From assembly GCA_963767925.1 (NCBI GenBank), contig CAVYGB010000010.1, positions 960,001 through 1,024,000 on the forward strand: a stretch of DNA of 64,000 bases. Reading direction: 5' to 3'. The DNA comes from an uncultured delta proteobacterium (GTDB lineage: Bacteria; Myxococcota_A; Polyangia; Fen-1088). The position numbers and the translations under genes were made by a program. Within the stretch, counting starts at the first letter, position 1, and each line of letters opens with the position of its first letter. This document shows positions 1 through 12,841 of the stretch, piece after piece. The notes beneath the pieces were generated by a model. It was given only the letters and a program-made list of their open reading frames with translations, was not told the DNA's origin and made no database searches.

Positions 1-71
1 CCCTTGAAGGCAAGCACCTCGGCCAACTGCGCCCCGCGCACGGTACCGCTCACGGTTTCGACGTCGAGCAT
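1..71 (-). CDS. carboxylesterase (type-B) family protein, N-terminus only; runs off the window
   Basis: Reverse strand reads GGAGAGGAG-aacgaa-ATG then MLDVETVSGTVRGAQLAEVLAFKG, matching the 'vetxsGxvrG...FkG(IPYA)' start of carboxylesterases. Not in the ORF track. Confidence 0.6.
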   Translation of the reverse strand, partial: MLDVETVSGTVRGAQLAEVLAFK

Positions 72-391
72 TTCGTTCTCCTCTCCGTTCGGATTTGTAT
101 CGCATCCTGGATGCCTGCAGCCTCCCGCCGGCATCGATGTTCGGGCAGGCGCTGCCCGCGCACCCCGGAGGGGCCGGCGCAACCCCCCCAGCAGGGGGGC
201 CCTCAGCCCGGCAAACCTCGTCGCCCTCTCCAGGCTTGGCGACTGGAAGTTGCGCAACATCGAATCGGGATCAGGAGCATCCTTGCCGCTCGTGCCGGTG
301 ACTCCGGAGTTCCCTCACTGCACGCCAGCTCGGACGGTCGATGGCGGAGAGGCTCCCTGACGTCGGACGGTGCAGGAGGTCCGGTTCAGAA

Positions 392-1558
392 TCAGTCAGG
401 AACGGCGGAGCTCGCGGCCTGTTCTGGTCTCGCCGCGAGCCGGCCTGTCGCCGGCAGCGGCTCGATCGACCCCAGACCCGCCCGGCCGCCCGCTCGAGCG
501 ACGCAGAGCCGATCGATGAGGCCAATGAGCTGGTCGATATCGAACGGTTTGCTCAGGTAGCTCGTACCAGCGGTCTGGCAGGCGCTGGCGATGCTGGGAT
601 GGTCCGCCTCGTATCCCGACATGATCACCGCGGGCAGGCCCGGCTGGGCATCTCGCAATCGATGCAGCAACAGCAGGCCGCCCATGACCGGCATCTCGAG
701 GTCCAGCAGGGCGATGTCGGGCGGATGGGTCTCCGCTATCGCCCGAGCCTGCTGGGCGCTGGTGGCGGCCGAGACCTCGAGCCCCCTCGCACCGAGCAGC
801 GCGGCCAGCACCGAGACGGAGTCCCGGTGGTCGTCCACCACCAGCACCCGGAGACCGCGTAGCCGGCCCAGAACGATCTCCGCCGCCGGCCCTGGCGCCG
901 CGCTGGACTGTACCGGCGCCTCCTGCCGGTCGAGGGGAATCGTGAAGAAGAAGGTCGACCCCTCCCCGGGCGCGCTGGTCACGCCGATCTGCCCCTGGTG
1001 GGCCTGGACGATCTGCTTGCTGATGTAAGAGGCCCAGGCCCAGGCACGATCGCGGGCCTGCCCGCTTCCGGCGCGCCAGTACTTGTCGAACACGCGCGAA
1101 GCCTCCTCCCTGGTGAGCCCCTCGCCCCGATCGATGACCGAGACGATCCCCCTCCCCTCGCCACTCCCGACGCGCACCGTGACGGGACGGTCCACTGGCG
1201 AATGCTGGAGGGCGTTCTGGACCAGGTTCCTGATCACCCGCTCGATGTGGTCCGGATCGATCGACACGGTTGGCTCGGCGTCGATCTCGAGGCGTACGCG
1301 GGCTCGCTCCCCGGAGGTCACGGTTCGTGCCAGCACGCTCTCGACGAGCGAAGCGAGCGGCACCCGCTGCAGGCGAGCCCCTGGCGCCACCGACTCCAGC
1401 CGGGCAACCCCGATCAGCTCGCGCACCAGACCAGAGATGAAAGCGGCGTTCTGGACGACAACCTCCAGCATGCGCGCCTCGTCGTGCAAGCCGAGCCCGC
1501 CGAGCCGCTCGCCCAGCTGACGCGCCTGGAGCCCGATGACCGACAAGGGGCTTCTCAT
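392..1558 (-). CDS. hybrid sensor histidine kinase/response regulator (HisKA-HATPase-REC), N-terminally incomplete or frameshifted
   Basis: H-box (A)HDMRSPL with the His just upstream of the ATG; N-box NLVQNALQHS; G1 DRGEG; REC VLVVDD...DLEMP...KP. The G2 box LGLGL lies in another frame (compensating indels near 1030-1060). Confidence 0.8.
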   Translation of the reverse strand: MRSPLSVIGLQARQLGERLGGLGLHDEARMLEVVVQNAAFISGLVRELIGVARLESVAPGARLQRVPLASLVESVLARTVTSGERARVRLEIDAEPTVSIDPDHIERVIRNLVQNALQHSPVDRPVTVRVGSGEGRGIVSVIDRGEGLTREEASRVFDKYWRAGSGQARDRAWAWASYISKQIVQAHQGQIGVTSAPGEGSTFFFTIPLDRQEAPVQSSAAPGPAAEIVLGRLRGLRVLVVDDHRDSVSVLAALLGARGLEVSAATSAQQARAIAETHPPDIALLDLEMPVMGGLLLLHRLRDAQPGLPAVIMSGYEADHPSIASACQTAGTSYLSKPFDIDQLIGLIDRLCVARAGGRAGLGSIEPLPATGRLAARPEQAASSAVPD

Positions 1559-1991
1559 GTCGTGAGCCGCGCTGATCGACCTGATCGACGAGCGAGGGTT
1601 CCTGCGCCCGGAGTCGCGCGCCCTCGGGCTCGATCCGAGGCACGATGGGCCCGGGGTCCGGTGGGCGCGTCACGATGGCCCAGACTCTGTCCGCTCGGCC
1701 CGGCCCGCCCCATCCTCGGAATCGATGACCGACCGGGATGGAAACGATGATCCCCGCCGCGTTCGAGGCGACGCGGCGCTTGGCCTGAGCCCGCCACGCT
1801 TCCCGAGCGTCTGCTCCACCAGTCAGGCCCCAGGCCACGGCGACGTTGCCCGATGCTGGGCCTGCGTCGGGCCGGGCGGTTCGGCGCAGCTCTCCGCTGC
1901 TATATTCATCCGTGAGCTGTGCTCCGCCAGACGCGCGATCGATCGGACCAGACCACCGGAGAATCAGACGTGACCAGATGAGAGCTCACCG

Positions 1992-3544
1992 ATGAACCGG
2001 CAGCAGCCGGCGCTGGGGGCGTCCCTGCTGTTCGCGGTGCTGCTGTCATGCGCCCGGCTACCCGACAACTCTCATCGCAGGCCATCGCGGGCGTTCGCCG
2101 ACACGCAGAACACGACCCTCGGGCGCCTGGAGGCGCAAGCGCGCGAAGCCGCCCAGGAGCGGGGGGCCAACGGCTTTCTCATGCTGGGCAACGGCCTGGA
2201 TGCCTTCGTGGCGCGGACGGCCCTGGCCGACATCGCCGAACGCAGCATCGACGTCCAGTACTACCTCTATCACGATGACTTCATCGGTCTGCTCCTGACC
2301 AACGCGCTGCTGGTTGCCGCCGACAGGGGTGTTCGCGTTCGCGTTCTGCTCGACGACATGGACTTCGGCGGCCGGGATACGGGTCTGGCGCTGGTCAATG
2401 CGCATCCCCAGGTCGAGGTCCGCGTCTTCAATCCTTTCGATCGAGAGACACCTCGGACCGTTCAGTTCGTCTCCCGGATGGGTTCGGTCACGCGCCGGAT
2501 GCACAACAAGACCTTCACGGTGGACAACAGCGCGACCATCGTGGGCGGGCGCAACGTCGGAGACGAATACTTCGAGGCCGATCCGACGATAGCGTTCTCC
2601 GATCTCGATGTCCTGGCTCTGGGCCCGGTGGCTCGCGAGGTGTCTCAGTCGTTCGACGAGTACTGGAACAGCCCCCTGGCGTACCCCGTCGAGGTCCTCA
2701 TCGACCAGACGCCCTCTGCCCGAGCAAGTTGGCCGGGCCCGGCAGGAGGTGACACGGCGGGTACTGGCCGCGCAGGGCTCCGCCTACCTCCAGGCCCTGC
2801 GCAACTCCGACCTGGCGCGGAAAATGAGAGGATCGCACGGTCGTCCTGGCCCGGGGAGACGCCCAGGTAATCTACGATTCACCGAAAAAGCTGCAGCGTG
2901 ACCTCGGCGACACGAAGTTCCAGCTGCTTCCACAGCTCGCGCCCTATCTGGACGGCCTGCAGAGCGAGCTGACGATCTTCACGCCGTATTTCGTTCCGGG
3001 AGCGTCCGGCAGCGCCTTTCTCACATCACTCGTCGCGCGCGGCCTGCGGGTCCGGGTCCTGACCAACTCCCTGGCCTCGACGGACGTATCGGTGGTCCAT
3101 GCCGGCTACGCCAGATACCGGAAGCCGCTCCTGCAGGGTGGCGTCCAGCTTCACGAATTCAACCGGAAGAATTCCGGTCAGAGGACCTCGCCGACGAGGG
3201 GCTCTGGCTCGTCGTCGGCCAGCCTCCACGCCAAATCGTTCGTGTTCGATCGCAAGCAGGTGTTCATCGGATCGCTCAACGTGGATCCCCGATCGGTCGA
3301 TCACAACACCGAGGTCGGGATCGTGATCGACTCGCCCCAGATCGCCGAGGGGATGGCCGGCTGGTTCGACCGACACGTGGCCGACGTCGCCTTCCAGGTG
3401 ACCATCCGCGACGGCGAGCTGCTGTGGCAGCAAATCAAGGACGGCAAAGTCCATCAGACCTTCGATCACGACCCCCACACCAGCCGATGGATGCGCTTCA
3501 AGATCGGCCTCCTCGGCCTGTTGCCGATCGAATCGCAGCTCTGA
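1992..3544 (+). CDS. phospholipase D family protein (ClsC/YmdC-like lipoprotein), frameshifted around 2730-2880
   Basis: Two HKD motifs (RMHNKTFTVD in 1992-2870, SLHAKSFVFD in 3092-3544), GGRNVGDEYF, GSLNVDPRS and C-terminal LPIESQL; lipobox-like LLSC. Confidence 0.85.
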
Positions 3545-3547
3545 AAG

Positions 3548-4772
3548 CTACTCGTGGCGCAGGGCCTCGATGGGGTCGAGCCGGGCGGCCTTGCGGGCGG
3601 GGAGGAAGCCAAAGACGACGCCGATGAAGGCCGAAAACGCGAAGGCGACGAGCACGATGACCGGATCGACGGCGAACGGCATGGCCAGCGCCCGGGCGGC
3701 GGCGTACGAGCCCAGCAGGCCCAGGCTCATGCCGATGATCCCGCCCAGCGTACACAGCACGATCGACTCGACCAGGAACTGCGTCAGCACCTCGCCCGAG
3801 AGGGCGCCGATGGCCAGGCGGATGCCGATCTCGCGCGTCCGCTCGGTGACCGAGACCAGCATGATGTTCATGATGCCGATGCCGCCGACCAGCAGGCTCA
3901 CCGCCGCGATCGCCCCCAGCAGCGCGGTCAGCACGCCGGTCACGCTGCTCACGGTCTGGGCGATCTCCTTGGTGTCCTGCACCGTGAAGTCATCGACCTG
4001 GCCAGGCTGGATGCGGCGGCGTTCGCGCAGGACCGCCTCGATGCGCGACTTGGCCCGGGCGATCGCGCCCTCGTCGGCGACCGAGACGAAGATCATGCCG
4101 ATGTCGGGGTTGCCCGCCAGCCGCCGCTGCAGGGTCGCCAGCGGCATGACGAGGAAGTCGTCCTGGTCCTGTCCGAAGGTGTTCTGGCCCTTGGCCTCGA
4201 GCATCCCCGACCACCCGGCAGGCAGACCGCTGCCCGACGCGCAGGGTCGCGCCCAGCGCCTCCTGCGTCGCCGAACAGCTCCTTGCGCACGGTCTCGCCG
4301 AGCACACAGGCCGGGCTGCCACCGGCCAGCTCGGCGTCGGAGAAGTCACGCCCGCGCGCGACCTCGAGTGGACCTGCACCTGGAAGTAGGCGTTGGTCGC
4401 GCCGTGCGCGACGGTGGAGCGGTTGACGCTGCCGCTGACCACCAGGACGCGGCCTGGTCGCCGTCGGGGCCAGGGTCGCCAGACGCCGTGAGCTCGTCGC
4501 TCGAGCGCGCGTGAGCGTCGTCGCGGCGGAAGGGGCGCGGCGGCCACGCTGACCGGGCCGCGCCGCTCGCGCGCCGGGCGACACCATGATGCATGTTCTG
4601 GCCCATGCTCGCGATGTCGCCGGTGACGCGCGCGGTGCGCCGATCGGCCGAGCGTGACCAGCGCGATGACCGACGCCGACGCCGATGACGATGCCCAGCG
4701 TGGTGAGCAAGGACCGCATGACGTTGCGGCGGATCTCGCGGATCGCCATGCGCAAGGTGGCGAGCCACATCA

Positions 4773-4773
<1 letters not shown>
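3548..4773 (-). CDS. MacB/FtsX-family ABC transporter permease; 5' half heavily frameshifted
   Basis: N-terminal MRSLLTTLGIVIGV and intact C-terminal half SLLVGGIGIMNIMLVSVTERTREIGIRLAIGA...PARKAARLDPIEALRHE. Confidence 0.85.
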
Positions 4774-5362
<589 letters not shown>

Positions 5363-5399
5363 CTCCGGCTGGGGCGCCGTCGCGGCGGTCGGCGGGGAC

Positions 5400-7801
5400 G
5401 GAGCTCAGCGGGAAATCCCACCAGCATCACGACGAGGTTGATGGCGAAGCCCAGGTTGGCCAGCTCGCCAATCGAGTTGAGCCCGGGATGGTCGGCCAGC
5501 AGCATGGCGCCGAAGCCGACCGCGCTGGTGAGGATGCCGCCCAGGATGGCCCGCGCGGTCTCCGCGTAGACCGTCACGAAGTCGGCGCCGGCGTCCTCGA
5601 GGCGGGTGGCCATGTGGACGCCAGCGTCAACGGTCACGCCAATCAGCACCGGCACCACGATCACGTTGAGGTAATTGAGCTCCATCCCCAGCAGGGGCAT
5701 GAGCCCGGTCAGCGCCAGGATCGACACCACCGTGGGTGACAGACAGACAAGGGCCAGCCTGACACTGCCGAGGGTGAGGGACATGGTCAGGAACACCGCC
5801 AGCAGGGCCGCGACCATGATCCGCGGCATCTCGCGGGTGACCATCTCGATGATGTCGGCCAGGATCATCGCCTCGCCCGCGGCAGCGACCCGGGTACCGC
5901 CGGCGGTGTTCACCCCCCGCACCTCCCGGGCGAAGTCCTGCACCTTCGAGCCGTCGGCGAGGTTGACGCTGGCGAAGACCAGCACGAACCCCGTGTTTCC
6001 GTCGCCGATACCCAGGAACTGGCGGCGCACGCTTTCAGGAAGATCCGCCCGTTCGAACGGCCGGGCCTCCACCAGGCGCTGCAGCCGTTCGAACTGTTCG
6101 CGGGTCGCGGGCTCGAGCTTGTCGGGCTTGACCCGGGCCAGCACCTGGGCGATGGACGCCATCACGGCCTGCTTCTCCGCTTGCTCGGTGGGGACCAGGT
6201 CGGTCAGCGCGCCGACGAAGTCGATGGAGGACGCTGCGCCCCGCTCCCGCTTGCGGCGGCCGAGCTCCTCGACGGTGGCGCGCTCGCTCTCGACGTCGGG
6301 GGTGAGCATCACCACCGGGGTCTGGGAGTACCCCAGCACGCGGTTGGTTATCTTGTCGAGACGGAAGGAGGGCAAGCTGCTGTCCTCGAGGGCGGCGAAG
6401 TCGTAGTTGAAGCGCACCCGGCCGGTGTCCCAGGGCGAGGACCGCCAGGCTGGGCCCCAGGATCGAGACCACCCCCCGCCGAAACCTCGCTCGGGCCAGC
6501 AGGCGCCCCAGCCCGGCGCTCGTCCCGGCGAGCAGCGGGCGGGCGGCCGGGCGCCAGCCGAAGCGCGCGCACAGCCCCAGCAGGGCGGGGAGCACCAGCA
6601 GGTAGGCGGCGATGACCACCATCATGCCCAGGCCGGCGATGACCCCGAACTCGCGGAACGCCCGGAACTCGGAGATGGCCAGCGAGAGGAACGTGACCGC
6701 CGCGACCAGGGCGGAGATCGTGGCGGCGCTGCCGGTGTGGGCAAAGGCGGCGCGGGTCGCGTCCTGCGAGTCGAGCCCCTCCCGGCGCAACGCTTCGTAG
6801 CGGCCCAGCAGGTGGATGCCGTGCTCGATGCCCAGGCCGCCGAGGATGGCGGCCAGAAAGCCGGTCAGCAGGTTGACGGACCCATAGGTGGCCGCCACCA
6901 GGCCGTAGGTCCAGACCAGAGCGGTCAGGACCGGCAGCAGGTTCAGACCCACCGCGATGGCGCTGCGAAAGTGAAGCAGCAGATACCCCAGCAGCAGCAG
7001 CAGGGCCACGGTGGAAGCCCAGGCCAGATCGCGCGCGATCTGGGCCTGCTGGTCGACCTTCTTCTTGTAGGTGCCGGTGAGCTGCACCTGGAAGTCCGGC
7101 CCGAAGCGCGACAGATCCTGCCGGGCGATCAGCGCCTCCACCTGCCCGACCACCTGGCGCGCATACGCAAGATCGGTGGAGTTTTCCTGCGGCTTGGCCA
7201 GCAGGATCACCATGCGCTCCTCTGCGCTCAGGTAGTAATCGCTGCCGTCGCCGGCCAGGCGCCGGGCGGACTGCTCGCCGTACCTGGCCTCGATGTCCGA
7301 GAAGTCGAGCGACGGCGCGCGCTCGTTCTCGAAGCTGATGTACATCGGGTTCTTCTGGCGGCGCTCGTATTTCTCCCGCGCGCGGATCCGGGCCTCGATC
7401 TCCTCGAGGTCGGCGACGGTCATGTAATACAGGGCCCGGTCGCCGAAGAACCCGCTCGCCCTCCGGTGCTCCACGAAGCGGATGCCCGGCAGCGCCTGGA
7501 TCTTCGGCGCCAGCTCGTCCGCGAAGCGCTCGAGGTTTGCCTGGTCGGTGCCGTGGCCGGCCACGGCCACGTAGCCGATGCCGCCGAACTTCACCTTCAG
7601 CTCCCCTAGCCCGGCGACGCTCTCGAAGGATCGGGGCAGGAGGCTGGTGAGATCGGTCTCCAGGGTCAGTCGCGACACGGGCCAGCCGCCCAGCGCGGTC
7701 AGGGCGGCGGCCAGCGCCAGGGCCAGCAGCGGCCGCTGGTGAGCCCGGGCCGCGAACCCCCCAAGCGCGCGTTGCAAGCCGGAGAAGATCCGAGACTTCA
7801 C
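5400..7801 (-). CDS. MMPL/RND (HpnN-like) membrane transporter; frameshift near 6420, C-terminus lost at the junction near 5400
   Basis: ORFs 6035-7801 and 4882-6417 give two repeats with [12 protein letters not shown] and [13 protein letters not shown] motifs, [10 protein letters not shown] and HPGLNSIG. Confidence 0.85.
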
Positions 7802-7808
7802 CGCCCCC

Positions 7809-8447
7809 TCATCGCGTCCGTCTCACCTGCTCCTTGGGGGCGCCGGTGATGCCATGGCGGAACAGCTCCACCACGCGCGCGGCCGTCGAGGCGAAGGGCC
7901 GCTGGCCCGGGGAGCGGAGCCAGCGCTGGAAGAACGCCTGGCTCAATCCCCACAGAGCATAGGCCGCCTCCTCGTGGGTCGCGCTCCCCAAATCCCCCTT
8001 CCGGGCGTTCTGCTTCAACCAGAGCTGCAGGTGGTTGATGTAGGCGGCGTCGCCGTCGCTCTGAGCCTGCGAGCGGGCCGAGTCCCCGGGCCGCCCCATC
8101 AGATCGAGGCTCATCAGCGCGAAGAAGGCCTCCCGGCGCCGGTCCGCCCACTGGGTGTGGTGGAGGACGAGGAGCTCGAGGCGCTGAAAGAAGGTCAGGC
8201 TGGCGGGAAAGGTGAGCTCGAAGAGCTGGTCGAACTCCCTGGCCATCAGGCAGACCAGCCCGGAGAAGATGGCGTCCTTGCCCTCGAAGTAGGCATACAG
8301 CGATGGCGCGCTGTAGCCAGCCTCGCGGGCGATGTCCTGCATGGAAGCGTCGTTGAACCCGCGGCGCGCGAAGACCCGGGCCGCCGCCTCGATGATGTCC
8401 TGGCGGGTCCGCTCGACGTCCTTCTCCTTGCGCTTGGGTCTTGCCAT
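7809..8447 (-). CDS. TetR/AcrR family transcriptional regulator
   Basis: MARPKRK...IIEAAARVFARRGFNDASMQDIAREAGYSAPSLYAYFEGKDAIF helix-turn-helix; ATG 8447 preferred over the TTG at 8516. Confidence 0.92.
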   Translation of the reverse strand: MARPKRKEKDVERTRQDIIEAAARVFARRGFNDASMQDIAREAGYSAPSLYAYFEGKDAIFSGLVCLMAREFDQLFELTFPASLTFFQRLELLVLHHTQWADRRREAFFALMSLDLMGRPGDSARSQAQSDGDAAYINHLQLWLKQNARKGDLGSATHEEAAYALWGLSQAFFQRWLRSPGQRPFASTAARVVELFRHGITGAPKEQVRRTR

Positions 8448-8472
8448 GTTCAGGAACCCCTGGGTTTCGATT

Positions 8473-8516
8473 AACCGAATCGTCGATAAAATAAACCCTC
8501 TTCGAGGCCGGCGCAA
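8473..8516 (-). promoter_or_regulatory. sigma70-type promoter with putative TetR operator, upstream of the tetR gene
   Basis: Minus strand TTGCGC-17 nt-TATTTT, overlapped by motif GGTTTATTTTAT-N6-TTCGGTT. Confidence 0.55.
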
Positions 8517-8591
8517 GCGCCGGCTTCACCGGGGCGAGCGGCCGGACGCCACGCGGCCCGGTTCGGGCACCGAATCCACCCCTGGCCGGGC

Positions 8592-8635
8592 TTGCCTCGA
8601 CGTGTTCGTTGGTTTATTTTATTTTCTGTTCGGTT
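8592..8635 (+). promoter_or_regulatory. sigma70-type promoter with putative TetR operator, upstream of the TolC-family gene
   Basis: TTGCCT(8592)-17 nt-TATTTT(8615), overlapped by the same GGTTTATTTTAT-N6-TTCGGTT motif (8611-8635). Confidence 0.55.
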
Positions 8636-8645
8636 CAGTGAACTC

Positions 8646-9435
8646 ATGACTCGCGACCACGCAGCACGCTGCCCGATGTGCCCCAGGAAGAGAAGCGCCG
8701 CCACGCTGGCCGGAGCCAGCCTGAGCCTCGCCTGGCTGACCGCGACGGCGTTCGCCCAGAGCGCTCCGCCGCCCGCGGCCGAGCCGCGGCGGGTCGGCGC
8801 CGAGCTGCCGATCGCGCCCGGGGGGCTCACCGCCGACCAGGCCGCGGCGCGGGCGGTGAAGGCGGCGCCCCGGATCGAGCTCGCCAGCGCCAGCGAGGTC
8901 AGCGCGGAGCGCAAGGCGGATTCTCGCCGTCGCCGGGTTCGCTCCCCGCCTCGAGCTGCGGGGAAGTTACAACCGGCTCTCTAAGCGTCGACCAACCCCC
9001 CCTCGTGTTCGGGGGGATGGAGATTGAGAACCCGTTTCCGCAGTTTCTCGACCAGTACGCGCTCCGGGCGAATCTCTGCATCCCGGTCACCGACTACTTC
9101 CTGACCGTGCTGCCCTCGTACCGCGGCGCGCGGCGAAGCGCGGTGGTGGCGGCGTTGCAGGCGCAGGCGGAACGGGGCGGCGGTGGCTCTGCGGGCTCGC
9201 GAGACTTTCTACGGCTATGCCCGGGCGCGCGCCGCTCTGGTCGTCGCGGAGGACTCGGTCAGGCTGCTGACCACCTACCTGCCGGACCTGGATGCGCTGG
9301 TGGCGGGCGGCGCGGCGACCCGGGCCGACCTGCTCGCCACCCGCGCGCAGCTCGCCGAGGCCACGACCCTCCGCCTGGAAGTCCAGGGGGCCCTGGCTGT
9401 CGCGGAGGCGATGCTGCGGCGGATGCTGCGGCTGG
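8646..9435 (+). pseudogene. TolC-family outer membrane efflux protein, N-terminal half only, frameshifted
   Basis: Signal peptide (ATAFAQ), GLTADQAAARAVK, and VALRARETFYGYARARAALVVAEDS...[16 protein letters not shown] helices in three frames; breaks off near 9435. Confidence 0.7.
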
Positions 9436-9436
9436 A

Positions 9437-12330
9437 TGCGACATCGACCAGCTGCGCTCCACGAGCCTCGAGGGCGTGACGCAGGTGTTCGTGCAGTTCG
9501 AGCTCGGCGTCGACCTCGACACCGCAGCGCAGGACGTGCGCGATCGCGTCGGCGCGCATTCAGCAGCGAGCTGCCGACGGGAGCCGAGACGCCCGTGCGT
9601 CGAGAAGCTCGACGTCGGTGCGGCGCCGATCATGCAGCTCGCGGTCTCGGGCACCGCGCCGACCGAGGCACGCTCGCGGATTACGCGGAAGACGTGCTGA
9701 AGCCCGGCCTCGAGCGCATCAACGGCGTCGGTCAGCTCGAGATCGTCGGCGGCCGCGAGCGCGAGCTGCACGTGTGGGTCGACCCGAGAGGAGCTGCGCT
9801 CGTACGGCCTGACCGTGCAGCGACGTGGTGCAGCGCGCTGCGCGCGCAGAACATCGACGTGCCCGGCGGCCGCGTGACGCGCGGCAGCGAAGAGCTCGTC
9901 GTGCGCACGAACGCGCAGGCGCGCAGCGTCGAGCGAGATCGGAACGACCTCGCCATCGTCCACCGTCGCACGGCGCGGTCATCCGCGTGCGCGACGTCGC
10001 GCGCGTCGAGGACGGCCTCGAGGAGCAGCGCTCCATGGCGCAGCGTCGACGGCAAGCCAGCGCATCGCGGTGGTCGTGCGCAAGCAGTCCGACGCCAACA
10101 CCGTCGAGGTCGCCGACGCGGTGAAGGAGGAGCTGCCGGCGCTGCGAGCGAGCTCGCGCCGGCGGGCACCAAGGTCGAGGTGCTGATCGACAACTCGAGC
10201 AACATCAGGGGCTCGATCGAGACGGTGCAGCTCGACCTCGTGCTGGGCGCCGTCCTGGCCGTCGTGATCATCTTCCTGTTCCTGCGCGACTGCGCGCGCG
10301 ACGATGATCAGCGCGCTCGCGCTGCCGACGTCGGTCATCGGCACGTTCGCGTTCGTGAAGGCCATGGGCTTCACGCTCAACATGATGACGACGCTGGCGC
10401 TGTCGCTGTCGATCGGCATCCTGATCGACGACGCGATCGTGGTGATCGAGAACATCGTGCGCCGTCGCACGGAGCTCAAGGAGATCGCGACGCGAGGCCG
10501 CCTCCGCGGGCACCGCGGAGATCGGCCTCGCGGTGCTCGCGACCACGCTGTCGCATCGTGGCGGTGTTCATGCCCGGTCGCGTTCATGGAGGGCATGGTC
10601 GGCCAGTTCTTCTACGAGTTCGGCCTCACGGTCGCGTTCGCGGTGATGCTGTCGCTGTTCGTGTCCTTCACGCTGACGCCGATGCTGTCGTCGCGCTTGC
10701 TGCAGCGCGCACCACGCGGCGAGCCACGCGGCCTGTCGCGGCGCGATCGAGCGGGCGCTGCGCGGGCTCGAGCAACGGCTACCGCGCGGGTGATCCGCTG
10801 GGCGCTGCGATCGCCGGTTCATCACGGTCGGCGTCGCGGTGGTGGCGCTCGTCGGCGCCGTTCGCGATGGCTCCGCTGCTCGGCTTCGAGTTCATGCCCG
10901 TCGAGGACACGCGGCCAGTTCACCGTGAACGTCGAGCTGCCCACGGCACCTCGCTCGCGCAGACCGCCGAGACGTCTCCGAGCAGGTCGCCACGCAGATC
11001 GCGAGCGCGCCGGGCGTGACGTCGACGTTCACGACGGTCGGCGGCGGCGTGCAGGAGAAGGTCAACAGCCGCGAGATCATCGTGACGCTCGCGCCGCAAG
11101 GCGAGCGCGCGCTACCAGCCAGATCGAAGCGATGGCCTACGTGCGCCGCAAGCTCGCGGGCGAGCCGGACTGATGGTCGTCGGTCGAGCGCTGCAGGCGG
11201 TCGGCGGCGGCGGCGGCCGGCGACGCGCCGGTGCAGTTCAACCTGCGCGGCGACGACCTCGAGGAGCTCGAGGCGGCCGCGACCACGCGATGGCCGAGCG
11301 AGCTGCAAGAAGCGCCGGCGGCTTCGCCGACGTCGACATCACCTACCGCGCGGCAAGCCGCGAGCTGCGAGGTGGAGGTCGACCGCGACGCGCGCGGCGG
11401 ACCTCGGGCGTGCACGGCGATGCAGGTCGCCACCACGGTGCGCACGCTCGGTCGCGGGCGAGGTGGCGACCGAGTTCGAGCGCGCACGGCGATCGCTACG
11501 ACGTGCGCGTGCAGCTGCCCGATCGAGCTGCGCACGTCGCGCGGACGCTGATCGCGCGCGCCCAGGTGCGCACGCGCGAGCGGGCGAGCTGGTCGACGTC
11601 GGCACGCGTCGGCGAGATCCGCGAGAGCAGCGGCCCGAGCCAGATCGACCGCCAGGCGCGCCAGCGCCAGGTCACGGTGCTGGCGAGCCTGGACGGCAAG
11701 GCGCTGGGCGACGCGCTCGAGCGAGGTGGGCGCCATCGCGGCAAGGAGGTGCCCGCCCGACATCGACGCTTCGCGTTCGGCGGGCTACGGGCGAGATGCT
11801 GCAGGAGTCGATCGAGAGCATGGGCTGCTGGCGCTGTTGCTGGCGATCATCTGCATCTACATGATCCTCGCGTCGCAGTTCGAGAGCTTCGATCCACCCG
11901 TTCACGATCATGGTGTCGCTGCCGTTCGCGCTGATCGGCGCCTTCGGCGGCGCTGCTGATCACCGGCACATGCGCATGAGCATCTTCGCGATGATCGGGC
12001 TCATCATGCTGATGGGCCTGGTGACCAAGAACGCGATCCTGCTGGTGGACTTCGCGATCCAGCGCGCGGGCGGCGGGCGAAGGCCGTCGACCGAGCGCGC
12101 TCGAGAACGCCGGCGCGACGCGCCTGCGCCCCATCTTGATGACGACCGCGGCGATGATCTTCGGCATGATGCCGGTCGCGATCGGCCATGGCGACGGCGG
12201 CGAGACGCGCGCGCCGATGGGCGTGACGGTCATCGGCGGCCTCATCACGTCGACCTCGGTGCTGACGCTGATCGTGGTGCCGGTGATCTACACCCTTGTC
12301 GAGAGCCTGCTGGCTCGAGCAGGCGCGCTG
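9437..12330 (+). pseudogene. AcrB/AcrD/AcrF-family RND efflux transporter, N-terminus missing, very many frameshifts
   Basis: [11 protein letters not shown]...[58 protein letters not shown] and RLRPILMTTAAMIFGMMP fragments in changing frames. Confidence 0.85.
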
Positions 12331-12439
12331 TGGCAGCGGCTGCCCGGCGTTCGCCACGCCGACCCGGACGATTCGAACGGATCGGACGGCAGGGTGACAG
12401 CCAGGGAACCTGTCCGGGCGCGAGCCGACCGCCCGGATT

Positions 12440-12745
12440 CGCGGATGTGATCGCGCGGATCCTCGAGCCCAAGAAGGAGAGAGGCAGCGCGACCCTCAAG
12501 GCTGGAAACGAGCTGTTCACCTATCTCAGCAAGACCGGGCGCACCATCAAGATCTCCGGCACGATGATGGGTGCCTCCTGGATGGGCAGTCACTTCACCA
12601 ACGACGACCTCGTACGCGAGACCCGCCTGTCGGACGACTACACCGCCGTCCAGCTCGCGGCCGAGCCGCGCGACGGCGAGGCGGTCCACCGCTTCGAGCT
12701 GCGACCCCGGGCCCGGCCGCCCGGTGGTGTGGGGCAAGGTCGGAG
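12440..12745 (+). pseudogene. outer-membrane lipoprotein-sorting (LolA-like) protein, internal fragment
   Basis: ARILEPKKERGSATLKAGNELFTYL...TIKISGTMMGASWMGSHFTNDDLVRE is typical of LolA-like proteins found with MMPL/ABC loci; no start or end. Confidence 0.6.
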
Positions 12746-12841
12746 GCGATCGGCTCGGCCCGTCTGATCAGCGGGTACTTCCACAACCGGGATCTGCCAG
12801 CCCCCCTTCCCGCTCCCCCCGACGATGGGATCGGCGCCTCA

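Noticed and set aside
8678..9700. TolC-AcrB fusion protein
   Set aside because: Both parts are incomplete and frameshifted, and the sequence style changes abruptly at ~9437.
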